In this document: one piece after another, positions 10,916 to 23,440 of the stretch
How positions within the stretch are numbered: position 1 is the first letter of the stretch
Layout: each line of letters starts with the position of its first letter
NCBI GenBank assembly: GCA_000934665.2
Contig: JYFJ02004333.1
Location: 1-33,701, forward strand
From: Catajapyx aquilonaris
Taxonomy: Eukaryota
DNA length: 33,701 bases
Direction: 5' to 3'
Notes under the pieces: generated by a model
The model's database searches: none
Told to the model about the DNA's origin: nothing
What the model saw: the letters and a program-made list of their open reading frames with translations, nothing else
Translations under genes and position numbers: made by a program

Positions 10916-11239
10916 CTTGCCATTTGGAAAAAAAAGGGGACGGTCGAACGTAGCATAGCAGCTACACCGCCTACTGCTCATTCTCACTTATTTTATTTAA
11001 AAATGAATTGGTACTTGTCAATTAATTGGTACGTGTCAATTAAAAATTAGATTATGTATTTAATTAAATGTTGACAGTGTGTGAAGGGTAGCTATTATTA
11101 ATCAATAAGCTGCTACCCGCTGCTTATTCCAATATGGCGGCTTTGGCGCCTTAATTTCAAATTGAATATAAATATAAAGAGGGGTCATTTCCGCAATAAA
11201 ATCTATTTATCCACAGTATAGTACACACATTGTGGGAAT

Positions 11240-11805
11240 CTAACTCGCATCCTGCCAGTTCATTTCGTGGATCATGCGCAGCTCGTACATCTTGAATGAC
11301 TCTGTAGTGTCAGAGTACAGGGATAGGATCTTGTGCACGGCTGTCAAAGCGAATGTGCAGCTGGCCACGCAGTTTATCAGGAACATAATCTTGAAAAGCA
11401 GCACCAAACATTGGTTTGGACCGCAGTTGCATGTGTCACGTTCACACACCTGTACGGCTTTCTTGACCGAAGGGACGTCCGCCTTATCGGTTTGGCCATG
11501 ATGGTGCTCTTCGATGAACCGTTTCTTCACGACAGTCTGCGGAATGAGTACTGTTGGTGATGACTGTGCCTTTACACTTTTGTGCACCTTACCGTTTCGG
11601 ATACACTGGCCTTGATGTGGACAGGCTTGGTTCTATGCTTTTTGTCCGGTCGGGGATGTCGAACTGGGACATCGTCACAGGCGCACTCGGCGTTCTTCTT
11701 CAGGTCCTGGCCATCTAGAGACGATCGCTGCTTGACTTGGTTCAGCTGACGACTGACCAGATCGTATATGTCGTCGGTGTATCGTCGCAAGTGGTCCGGA
11801 GCCAT
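11240..11805 (-). CDS. Unrecognised two-exon protein, ~169 aa, with a C-terminal hydrophobic (putative TM) segment
   Basis: ORFs 11572-12024 and 11240-11587 are joined in phase 0 by a 56-nt intron at 11592-11537 (ACG|GTAAGG...TTCCGCAG|ACT). The ATG at 11805 has context ACGATGG and the stretch is GC-richer than its flanks. The hydrophobic segment is CLVLLFKIMFLINCVASCTFALTAV. Confidence 0.65.
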
Positions 11806-12526
11806 CGTTGTCACAAGGGTACATGTGAAGAGGCAACAATATGGGCGACGTTGCCGTGGACACTCAACAATAGATGGGGAGGGGAAAACAGCCTTATTTC
11901 TAAGGCTTGATTGCTTTGACAGAGAGAAGGGGTCATCATCGGAGCGTGAAGTTTTCAGGGGGGGTATTATTATGAGAGGGTTACCGGGCAACGGGACTTG
12001 GAGTGAAATGTCGGTACGGTGCACCCAAAAGTAGACCCTGCGTTAATTGGCAGCAATGACATTTAAGTGGGGAAAAATAGGGGCTGTCATTAAAATCATT
12101 AATCTGCATTTGTATAATGACAATGGTGCCGAACTGATTAAAAATTGTGGATATTTTCATGTTTCTTGCTAAGCTGACATTCGAAGGCAACTGAGGTCAT
12201 ACCAAACCTGGCAACATTGGCCCAGAAAGTCCCCTAAATTACATGCCTATTAGGCATAATGACAATTATTTAGAATGACGGTACTTGCTCTAATGCACAG
12301 TTAGCCGCCGTCACCTGGTCTAGGGGAGGCCTAATTATGTTACGGGGAGTGACCCACCTTTAACCCCCCCCCCCCCCAACCCATGTCACATCTGACCTAA
12401 TGAGCCTTCACCGTCACACTCTTGTAATAATTATTTCTAACGAAGCTTCAGTTCAGTATGGACCAAACAAGCCGAAAATAATTGTGCAAAATCTGATCAC
12501 TCCTGATTTAAAAACCGACATCTTAC

Positions 12527-12960
12527 ATCTACATATAATATATAAAATGCAAAGTTGGTTTGCTTGTCCATTTTACACCCATTTCATACCCATCTGTATG
12601 TATATAGAAGGAAAAGTTTGTTTGTCACTTTTAAACCCATTTCATACCCATATAAGAGGAGGCAAAGTTTGTTTGTTTGCCCATTTCATAACCCACCTCA
12701 TACAGTATATATAATCTATGTACAAGGCAAAGTTTGTTTGTTTGTCCAATGCGTACCAATTTCATACAGTATAGCCTACCCATTTATAAATGTAGGCAAA
12801 GTTTACTTGGCCATATGTATATAAACTGCAAAGTTTGTTTGTCCATTTCATACCCATTTATAAAATGTAGGTAGAGGCAAAGTTTACTTTCGTATTATTA
12901 CAGCATAAAGTTTGTTTGTTTGTTCTGTTTGTTTGTCCATGGCATCAAAAACTAATGATT
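12527..12960 (+). repeat. Degenerate tandem array (~8 units of 30-70 bp) resembling Helitron 5' termini
   Basis: The recurring unit is approximately atctatatatataa..gcaaagtttgtttgtccatttcataccc. The last unit continues ...gtttgtttgtccatggcatcaaaaactaatg. Confidence 0.65.
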
Positions 12961-13239
12961 GATTGTTGCTCATTACCATGCAGAAACACGCGGTGCGAAG
13001 AACGGGCTCCGCTGCTAGTTTTCTGATAAAACATTAATAAATTCTTCACAAATTGATCCACATATTTTGCATATGTAAATTCAACCCTTACTCTAAAGAC
13101 AGTCTTGGAATTACTGTAAGTGACAACCTTTTTTTTTAATAATACGTTTTTTAAATGTACTTTTTTTCCTCCATAATATATATATTTTTTGCCTGCATGT
13201 CGTAGTGGCTTCCCATCCACCCTGCTGCATTCAGCCCTG

Positions 13240-13629
13240 CGATTGGCTGGCCATGTCCGGCTCGCATTTTGATTGGTCTGGTTGGTCCGGGTACGGCCGG
13301 GCCTCCAGCGCGCGCAGTCAGTGTCGGTGCAACTGCCAGTGGTGAAGGGTCGCACATATTTTGGTGGTGTCGGGGTGTGACATTTCCCCCCCCAAAAAAG
13401 AAAGAAAAAAATAACAATCCAAAAAAATAATAATTTAAAAATATAACATATTGTCACAATTTTTTGTACCCATTTTTTTTTGTCCGGAGGGGGTGGTGAA
13501 TGTGGATATAATTATTTTTGAGGTGCGACAGTACGACTGGAGATGACGGAAATGACGTGAAGTAAATAAGGAAGAGGACAGGGGGTGTCACTAGCAGCGG
13601 CGGTGCTCTGCAGTGGTGGCCAGGTGAGT
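13240..13629 (+). promoter_or_regulatory. Putative promoter and non-coding first exon of a long + strand gene
   Basis: Paired ATTGG (CCAAT) boxes near 13242 and 13271, a GC-rich patch, TGACGGAAATGACGTGA (CRE/ETS-like) at 13544-13560, and a consensus donor CAG|GTGAGT at 13623/13624. Confidence 0.5.
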
Positions 13630-16227
13630 TTGTTTTTTTGCGATAGTTTTGTAGATAGTTATCGACCCCCTAGTTTTAAAGTGACGCAGGTAGGTGATGC
13701 GTCACTTGTTGGGGGGGAAATGGGGGAGAAAATGCGGTACTTATGAAAGTGATATAACGAGTCATACTTAACACACCCATATGAATAGTGCCAAAATATT
13801 TATTGGGAATACATATTTTGTAGATATAAAAAAAGCGGCTCAAATTTTTTAAAAAATTGCACACGGATTTATTGGACAAATTCTATAGCCTGCGTTAACT
13901 ATTTTAGTTGGTCATTTGTGCGAATTTTTTTTTGCGAAATGACCGCAACTGCATTGACCTCCATGTTGCATAACGTGTGTAGCAAAATAGTGAGAATCAA
14001 TACAGTAAAAATATGTCCTTGCAGTGAAAAAAAAAAAACCATCGTCGTATTGATTGGATAGTAGAAAAAAAAAGAACTGATGCACTATTTTTTTTTAAAA
14101 AAAAAGAGTAAAAGGTTCGTTATCAATGCTTATCTCGAGCATTGTGTGCAACATTTTGCATTACGTGTTTTGAGAGGGGGGGNGGGGGGGGGGGTAGAGA
14201 AACAATCATGCGCAATGAGGCGAATACGTGACAGCTCGAATATGCAAATTGGATCCGACGGTCACACAGCGTTTTGTCTGTGCCCGGCAGAAATTGGCCT
14301 TCATGCAGTAATCCTTGGTCATGCTTGGTTGTAATAGAAGTCATCACGTTTTTAGTAGTAACACAGGGTCATATTTCACATGAGTGCGGTTGCGATTTTT
14401 TTTTCTTTTGTAGAATTTATCTAAAAATGGTCCAGGGTGGTTTGGACGTTATTGCCTCAAAAGGCACTATTTTCTATTTGCATTATAGGTTTGGATGTAA
14501 TGTAATGGGGCAGTATGTTATGTGTGTGGTTACTAAGCCTGTGCCACACCCGGTGCAAGCAGGTTGAAATGTAGGACAGTTTGTTGGCATAGGTCCGGGC
14601 CCACAATTTAGTATAACAATGGTCTAACTTAAGTATTGTTATAGACACAAAATTTCAATTATTGCCCAAAATTTGCAGTTTTCATAAATGCCCCCAAATG
14701 AAGTGGGTTTTCACTATGTATGCAAATTTTCTACTTTTCTGTCCAAGCTCGAAGGCTATTCATTGCAGACGGTCACAACATCACGAGATGACCTTGAGTA
14801 TCCTATAGGGACATTGACTGTTTTTTTTAACAAATAAAAACATTTTTTAAGCTAAAAATTGGGCTTGTGAGCTTTCCAAGGCGCAAAGTGTGTGAGAGGG
14901 GGGGGGGGGGGGGGTTAGGTTAGTGGTAGGAATGGCGATGATCAATACGGGTGTCGGCGCCGGCCTGGGACGCAGCCCACGCCCAATTCCTAGCCTAGGA
15001 CCCCCCCCCCCCCCCCAAACCGTCGCACAAAACCTCAACCATTTTTAGTTACATAATATTTTTTTTATTACTTTTGAAAAAAAAATATGTTGAAGTAACT
15101 TCCGGTCATTGTTATCATTCATGGTTGTTGTGCCAAGCGTTCTGGCGTGCCATATTGGGTTACAAAGAACTCAACAAGCTTCTTATCTATAGAAATATGG
15201 GATTGACGTGGGATTGAACCCGGTTTGGAAGATTTCCGATTTTTTTTTATTTATTTGGGGAGGGGGGGGGGGTGAATAGCGTGCGATATGCCCGATTTTC
15301 CCACCACTTAATTGTGCAATTATCCAGATGCCGTTTGTGACAGCAGTGTGACCTACCCCCCTGAAAATGTCAGTGGGGTGAGAGCCTACTGCCAGAAGGG
15401 GGACGGTTAACACGCGCGCACGCTCTTCATACACTAAATAATATTTAACATTGACATCGAAAAAATTTAACCGGATATGCGACGATTGCATATATTAATA
15501 TGAACAATTACTGTTCAGTTACAATTTGGTACACAGGGTCCAGTACCGGCTCGAAAATTTGTACAAACAATGCCAGAAAGTAGACCATTATATCGTCAGA
15601 GACTCGAGGACCATGAAGCATGAAAAATCAGGGGGCAAAAAGGTGTGAAAACGAGGATCTCCTCTTTATTCGCACTACACACCCCCCCCCCCCCTCTACC
15701 ACCCTCTACCACTCGACACCCCACCCCCAGCCCTCAGCATTAAATATTGATCCTTGTTCCCGAAGCAGCTTATAGGCCCGGGTTTGCTCTGTGATTAGCC
15801 ACATATCCAGTGTTGCCGTGGGTAATACCCCATGTGCAACTACCCCCCAAAAAATTGTTTAGAAACTGAAGAAAATTTTTGGGGAAGTTTTAATTGGAAG
15901 TGTTTGTCGTGGGAAAAGATCTTGGGAGGACCTTTTGTGATTCCCCGGTCAAGGGCGTGTGACTGTAGATGGGGTGAGGAGGATAGGGATCTGAGCTCAG
16001 AATAGGTCAGGTTGCATGCCAGTTGGTATGGCCTTTTGTCCATGGACTTGAATCATTTCAGTGTGTTTTTTTTTTAGGTGCTATGTTCGTGACTATATCG
16101 ACACTTCTGGTGGTACTTACGGAGTAATGAATAATTTTTGATTACTTCTAATATATTTTATGGCTGACGTCCTACATATAGGACACCTGCACACTTCTTC
16201 GTTTGCTGATAAAAATATTTTAAAACA

Positions 16228-16530
16228 TGCAACAAAAATAATCGGGCATATGGGTGTAATGATTCAATTTTTGAATCATTTTAATAATAACATTTAACAA
16301 TTTGAATCATTTAAATAATAATATTTAACCATTTGAATCATTTAGCACTTTTAATCATTTAAAAATCTCAGTAATTTAAAATTTTCAACCAAAAATAATC
16401 AGACATATGGGCTAAATTAATATTTTAAATAATTTAAATATTTTTAACAATTTAAAAATCTTAGCAATTTAAAAGATTTCAACAAAAAATAATCAGGCAT
16501 ATGGGTTAAATTAATTTTTTAAAATATTTG
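16228..16530. repeat. AT-rich degenerate tandem repeat
   Basis: Three copies of caac(a)aaaataatcrgrcatatggg near 16230, 16386 and 16480, with internal ttgaatcatttaa sub-repeats. Confidence 0.75.
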
Positions 16531-16550
16531 TAACAGTTGAAACAATTTCA

Positions 16551-16720
16551 CTAGAGAGACGAACAGCGACCTTAACCCGCCGCAGGCCAACATGCAACTG
16601 AATGGGTTATCCATCCACTGGGCATGCGCTGATCGCGGGCCAATCGGAAGCGTCGCAGTAACAATATGAGGCAGACCAATCAGAAGTCTTATGAACGCCC
16701 ACTACGATTTTAATATTACC
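16551..16720 (-). mobile_element. Degenerate mini-Helitron, related to 27292-27517
   Basis: The minus strand starts taatattaaaatc, shares ctgattggtc-gcc-catattgttac-gc...attggc...ccgcg with the 27.3-kb copy, and ends CTAG followed by T. Confidence 0.65.
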
Positions 16721-19700
16721 AATTTACATAATTTATATTTCCCCCAAAAAAGGGGCGCACTGCCCTCGAAAGGGGTATCGTAAATAAATAAATAAATAAA
16801 ATAATTTATATTCCTAGTGGCGCCTACGACGGATTTTTTCCCCAACTACAGACCTGCGGGTAGTTCAAATTTGCAAAAAATTCATAACGCACGTGTGGAC
16901 ACGTTCTCTCTCCATCGACTCGGGCCATTTAATCGCGAAAGTTTTGCCGCTCATCCGGTGTCCTCCCCCCTCCCCCCCCTTCCGATAATCACATCCCCCC
17001 TCGATGCTAGTCTCCGGTGCTATAATGGCAGTGATTGATTCAGGGATGGAGGTGTGGATATCTGTCCGGCTCCATCCTGTATTTACCTGCAGGCTTAAGT
17101 GAAACACAGGCGGATAAGCAATGAGCGGCCCCAAAACCGCCAACTGAATAAATGCGGTTCGCTACGTGATTCGCCTAAATGCGGGCTTTCAGCTTCAACG
17201 CCCCCATCTATTCAAAGTCTATAGCTATAGAAACATGACGAGAGAAACTATAGGAGGTGGAAACAAGCAGGTTTTTTTTTGCAACATGGTCGACACCGTT
17301 ATTCGGTTTGAGCATTAACAATGCGTTAATTAAATTATGGTTTGCACTATTCAATTATTGCGGATTGTGTTGTCAATATCCATATAACTGAACTGTTGTT
17401 ACTGATTCTATCGGGCAAGTAGCCTAATAGCTTGGAGGCCACATTTTTGGCACGGGTTCAAATGGTGACCTCTTGATATGTGTTTTTTTGATTCTTAAGA
17501 GGAAATCAGGCAGTCAACAAACAGGATGCAATGGGGAGGGGGGAGAGGGTTGAGTTCTAACACCGGCTATAAATTTAAACACGGCTATTGCATAATGTTC
17601 GGCGAATATTCTGCCCCGATTCATTGGCTTTGCGGCCATCAAATCGATGGATGCGATTATATTCGCGTGTAACGAATGGATTATTGACCGCCATTTATAT
17701 ACCGAACTTGATCCGCTCTGGTCAAACAAGACGGCCAATGTGTGTACTAACCCCCATCTAATTTTGTGTATACTGCACAAACAATAAGTGCAATAATTGT
17801 GGATAATCTTATCAAAAATATGAGCAAGAAATTATGATTATAATTACAATAAGCGCTGAAAAAGACTGTTTATGAGCTCCAAAGTTACAAAATGGCCCAC
17901 ATGCATATACATGGGGAACCGTGATTCTTCCAAACTGCCGACGCTAATGGGAATAAAAATGACTGCAGCAAAAGAGCTTTGTAACTGATCCTGTTTCTGA
18001 TGTGAAGAAACCATTTTTTTTTGGTGGGGTCACACATGGACCAACATGGGAAATGATACGACTTAAGTTCCATCTGGTGGATGTGATTTTTTTTTTAAAT
18101 CTGTCTGAATAGAAATTCGGGACAGCATTTAACTTGAAGGGTGGGTCAGTTAGTGTATGACAAAAGGTAGGGTCGGTTCGGTTGAATGAATCAATTGCTC
18201 CCTCGATTCACTCTTGGCAACTGCCCATGAAATGATATCTGATATGGAACGTGGCCTGGAGGAATATTCTGGTGGAGGCCAAGAGATCATCTGCATATAT
18301 ATCATGCAGTCAGCACTGTTCTAGAAAATGCTCAATATTACGTAAACTCTGCAACAATAATGAAGTCAGCCTATTTATATGACTTTCAGATGAAATGCAT
18401 GAAGATTAATTAACATTAAGAAACAATTGGTTTAATCCGGTAGCTATTGGTTCAATTGCGTAATGTTGTCGATATAAATTGGCGTACTATATTATTTTTT
18501 TAAGTACATAACGTTGAAAGGTGATCGATACAAAAGAGGCGGTACTGAACCGGACCTTATCACGATGGCTTTCCAGGAGTTTATGCGGCATGCCATGTGA
18601 CACGCAGGGCAAGCAGTGTCAAGGAGCACGTCACGTAAGAACCCCCCCCCCCCNCCTCGTAAAAACTTTTGTTACTATCGTCCAAAGTCGCACTTTGCAC
18701 TTTTAGAAATGAGAGGAAAATTACGCTCCGTCACTTAATCGCTGATTTTCCACGATTCGGTTCGTTGAATTCTTGCTCAAATTTTTTTTTTGAAGAATCC
18801 GGGCAGGGTATTAATTGGGAAAGTTGGGACCGGATTTTATGCCTTTGTGGATCACCCCCCGGTTAATAAGGGTTCAATTGTTGGAATTTTTCTGATATGC
18901 CATGTACTGCCCTAGTATAGTACGAAACGCCCTGGGACATCCTATGGATATCTATATATCCAATGAATCTGCAATTACTCTAGACGTTTTGTATACAATT
19001 TTAGCCTGGCGCGTATGTATAGGGAATATCCTGCGAGTCAGGCCTTTTGGCTAAATGCAAACTGGCCCTTATCATGTAGAAACAACTGGACTCTGACGCC
19101 TTTGTCCATACCCCAGTACTGATTTAACTAACATCCAACCTGTCGCATTGTTTCAGAAAGGCTTTGAGGTAATGAAATGCATTAGTTGAGTCAATACAAC
19201 GGGCACAGATTGTCCTAAGCAATCAGTTGCGGTGAAGATATGAGTCTGAATTGTTGCATTTACTGGAGGGTTCACACAGGTATTGTTGTTAAAGGCTTAT
19301 AAAGCTGGCATAGCATCTTTTGATAAAGTACTGTTGATGAACTTGGCCGTATTTCAGATCTCACCACTTTTTACGGCCAAGCAGTCAGGAGAACTTGGCC
19401 TTTTTTTTACAGAAATGTTTTTGGTGGGTAAAGTATTCTTTAACGAGGTACTGTTGACTGTTGCCCGAATCAGCCTTTGTTAGTCGTTATCGTCAAAATA
19501 CCATTTTCTGAACGAAGCTGCCTGATGCGAAATCGATATTTTCCTTTTAATAATAAGACGTTCGTTTTTTTTATTATTATTATTTAGCTCCACTTTTTTT
19601 TTGAAAGGGGTCGCACGCAATCTTGTCGGATCTGGACGCGATCCGGGTACACTAAACCATGCATTGTTTCGCCACAAGTCATCGTTGATTCATTGCCTAA

Positions 19701-21139
19701 CGTCACGCATTGGGAGCAAAAGCAGAGTTACTTTGTATACTACATTATTGATTGACCTGGAGGCTAGGAAGCCTAAACCATGCGTGTGCGTTTGGGTTAA
19801 TATTAAATTCTGGGGGGGGGGGGGGGCACAAGGGGNCTTGGAAGGCGTGAAATGCAAAATGGGTTTTTTGGGAGGTCTGGGTGGCCTGAAGGCTTTTGGT
19901 CCCGCATTCCTGAGGACCGGGTTGAGGGTGGGTGGAACAGGGGAGAGTATAGTGTGGAGAAAGAAACTTAAAAGAAAAAAAAAAAGGATCAAGGTAGTGG
20001 ATTTGTTGGTTGGTTGGTTTCAGATGGTCTAGTGCGCATCCCACTGCGCATCAACACTTTCCCCCCCTTTTTTTTCCATTCAACCTGGACACTTCGTTCA
20101 TTCCTCCAAAAGCTACATAAAAACCTGGCCTAGTAATGACCAGGGGTCGTACTTGTCGCGCCACGATCAGCTGGCGGTAAAATAGCAAATTTTTATATAC
20201 GATATTTTAAGCTGTGATTATGATAAATCGCATTTGAACTTGGGACTGAAATTCGCAAAAAAATGACTCCCTGCAGTATCTCGACCCTACACCGTTGGGA
20301 CTATTTAAATATGCATATTTAGTTACGAATTCACATAACCTTACCATACGTAATTATGAAAATAACATCCAATTTGTTCCCCCTCCCCCGCACTGTTGTT
20401 TTTTTTATATAGATAATCTAATACAAAAGCCCGGTGGCATTTTGTGTGTCGCATCGTTTTGGCCTCGGCTTATTAGTTTCTGGCAGTGCATTTTAATATG
20501 GGATGCTGGCCCTGGCTTGATGGCGGAGGGTATATTGCACGCCAGACTTGCAATCCGAACCACTGGTATGGCGTGGAAAGGGCAAATTGAGAAATTGAGC
20601 ATGGAGCGCGGTTCTGCCCTCCAGGGAAGTTGGGGGCCTCGATGCCAGATTGTTGTCTCAAAAGCAACCATTGGCAACCATGCAGAGAGGAAGAGGAGGG
20701 GGGATGAGAGACACACACACACACACACAAAAAAAAGAAACCAGTTTTCTCACTCCGGATGGACACTGGTCATTTTTTGGGGGGTATTTCTAATAATAAA
20801 AAATGAGCTGGCAAATTATTGAGCAACAATTTGCATTCTTTTCTTTTTTCGCCAGAACTCTTCCTAATTCTGAGGAAAACAGATGCACGTTTACAGGGGG
20901 GCGTGTGGAAATAACAACAAAAAAATATTCCCGGGTTTCCTGCATTCCATTGCGAATTTCGTTCGGTTTTAGCAACCGCGAAATTTCCGGTGTTTTGCCA
21001 CACTTGGTGATTGACACATTCAGGGAAAGCCCGGTTTTTTTGTGGCTATAAGATTTTGCATTTATAACCCACAGGCAGGTGACACATCAATCTGGAATTT
21101 ACATCACTACAGTCATTATCAGCATCATCTATTATTAGC

Positions 21140-21302
21140 AGTTATTATTGACTATTAGCTTATATTAGTTATTATTGACTATTAGCTTATATTAGTTATT
21201 ATTGACTATTAGCTTATATTAGTTATTATTGACTATTAGCTTATATTAGTTATTATTGACTATTAGCTTATATGAGTTATTATTGACTATAAGTTATTAT
21301 TA
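21140..21302. repeat. 27-bp minisatellite, about 6 copies
   Basis: The unit agttattattgactattagcttatatt is repeated almost perfectly, within a larger agttatt-rich low-complexity tract running to ~22020. Confidence 0.95.
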
Positions 21303-21346
21303 GTTACCAGTTATAATTCACATTAGTTATTTTTAATTACTAGTTA

Positions 21347-21630
21347 CACCGAAGCAGTTTGGAGTAGGGGATATGGTGTCCGACTGCTAATCGGGAGGTC
21401 CTGGGATCAAATCCCGGGGCCGGCAACTCTGACCGTGGTTTTCTGTGGTTTCCCACGGTCCTTCCAGGATAATTCCGGAGTTGCTTCCGTAATTAATAGG
21501 CCACAGCCGCTTCCTTCCGTCCCTATCCTATCCCAAAAAGCGCAGTAAAATGACAGCAAAGAGTTCCAGGCAAAACAAAACTTCCCCCCCTAAAGAGCCG
21601 ATAGGCTGATTACGGGGTATGAATATTATT
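21347..21630 (+). mobile_element. tRNA-derived SINE (second family) with a short (ATT)n tail
   Basis: The tRNA-like head has A-box-like tggagtagggg and B-box-like gggatcaaatccc. The central domain reads gtggttttctgtggtttccc...ccaggataattccgg...taggccacagccgcttccttcc. An 11-bp TSD ATTACTAGTTA lies at 21336-21346 and 21631-21641. Confidence 0.85.
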
Positions 21631-21878
21631 ATTACTAGTTATACGATTATTATTAATTAGGATAAGTTATTAGTTCGTAGCAGCTAGACCTATTATTATG
21701 AGCTAGAATCAATTATATTATTAATACTGTAGTTCGTATCAGTGGTTATCAGTAAAGTTCGTATCAGTTATTACCAGTTAGGAGGGCATATCAGTTATTA
21801 GTTATTATTAGGTACGCACGTATAGTTCATAATAGTTCGTATCAGTTATTATCAGTGATTATCAGTTATTGTTCATGT

Positions 21879-21958
21879 CGTATTTCAGATCTCACCACTT
21901 TTGACGGCCAAGCAGTCAGGAGAACTTGGCCTTTTTTTACAGAAAGGTTTTTGGTGGG
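21879..21958 (+). repeat. 80-bp copy of 19348-19428 flanked by a 19-bp direct duplication
   Basis: It differs from the source at three positions. The flanking atcagttattgttcatgtc occurs at 21861-21879 and 21959-21977. Confidence 0.9.
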
Positions 21959-22039
21959 ATCAGTTATTGTTCATGTCAGTTGTTATTGGTTATTATAATT
22001 ATTTAGATTATTATTAATTTATACTATACGGCAGTATGT

Positions 22040-22130
22040 GGGGCATTTTAAAACTCGCAATTTGAGGTGATAACTCGCCCCGGACGAGCAAACAACAGAC
22101 AGACAGACGTAGCCGATTATTAGTATGGCA
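22040..22130 (-). mobile_element. Helitron-like 5' end fragment with (GTCT)n
   Basis: The minus strand reads atgccatactaataatcggctacgtctgtctgtctgtt, resembling recalled insect non-autonomous Helitron 5' ends. No 3' end was found. Confidence 0.45.
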
Positions 22131-23440
22131 TAATTATATGCATAAGTCTACACAGGGTGAGTCAAAAGGTTCATGCACAATCTTATAAGGAGCGTCGGAA
22201 TAGGGCAACTTTACCCGTGTCGTCCTGTAAACAGTGACATTATTCATCTGGTGGGTGGGGACCTCCCACCGCAAAAGTCACGCCGGTTCCGCTTGGAGCG
22301 CCCATGTAGCTCTCTCTCTCTCTCTCTCTCCTTGCAACATCTCTCCCCGTAGCAGCAGATCGATAGTACGGTAGTCTTCCTCCTTTTCGGAGGGTATATA
22401 GCTGTGCTGGGTGTCGCTGGACGAATAAGAAAAAGCCCAAAGACTTAAGACTCCCTCCCTCAAAACTTGCTCTTTTCGCATTCAATCTGCAGCCTCCTGA
22501 AGGTGCCGCCACCAGAATCTTCTTCTTCTTTCAATTTGCTTCTGGCTACACTCTTGACTGACAGTTATAAAGTTCAGGGGGGTGGTAATCAGGTTATGGG
22601 AAACGGGCCAGTGCGCTGCTTCGATTAGCTACTTTTTTTTTTTGGGGGGGGGGGGGGAAGAAAAAGTTGCAATTTTTTGGATTTATGGTCCAGTATGGAT
22701 GAAAATAGCGCCCAAAAAATAGCTAAAATAACACGATGACCATTATTTGATTAATGCGCATGTCATTATTTGGAGTGCACTATTTATGCAGGTGTTACAT
22801 TAAATATATCAGCGCATTTAATCTATGCTATGTGCAGCACTAGTTTGGGTCGCAAGCCTGGAGGGACACGATTACACTATTTTTCTCCCATAGCTACATT
22901 GCAACCATAATCAGAGTCAGGTGTTATTTAGAAGAGCAGTACATGTCTCCTGAACCCAGTTTTAATGAATTCTGTCTAGGGCACCCAGGCGGAAATAGGA
23001 TTGGAAATGATAGCTAGGAAATTAAAAAGTTGCCTCCTGCCTGTCGGAAATATTGCCTCCCATGATTACATTTCATGAACAACACTGCCTGTCCAATTTA
23101 GACCCATCCTGGACCCTCATTTACCCCCAAAAAAAGAGGGGGGGGGGGACGTCCATGTTTGGACAAAGTGCGGTAAGTTCTGAAATAGGGGCGTGAAGTG
23201 AGCATGTTATCTACCCTCCTTTTCCCTAGGGTCTGAGCAGATCAAGTTTCTAGCTAACTCGGCCTGGCAGAATCAACTGAAAGGGATGCTGAGGGTGGAG
23301 AAGCTGGGGTTTTCTTGTGTACACACGACGGAGCCTCATCTCATATCAGGGAGGCAGGCCATGTGGACACAGATCGACAAATAATTATTTGGAAGGGAGA
23401 ATGGCAGTGTCAGCATATATCCTGCACTTAAACAGTATCC

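Noticed and set aside
19130..19483. Coding remnant around the source of the 80-bp insertion
   Set aside because: The frames are interrupted by stops and show no recognisable motif.
19601..20822. 143-aa and 175-aa + strand ORFs
   Set aside because: Non-ATG starts, translation of homopolymers and (CA)n, and no splice or family support.
22240..22562. Minus-strand ORFs or 5'UTR-like exon with Inr-like TCAGTC
   Set aside because: The ORFs run through a (GA)n tract, the donor is weak and no downstream partner exon was found.
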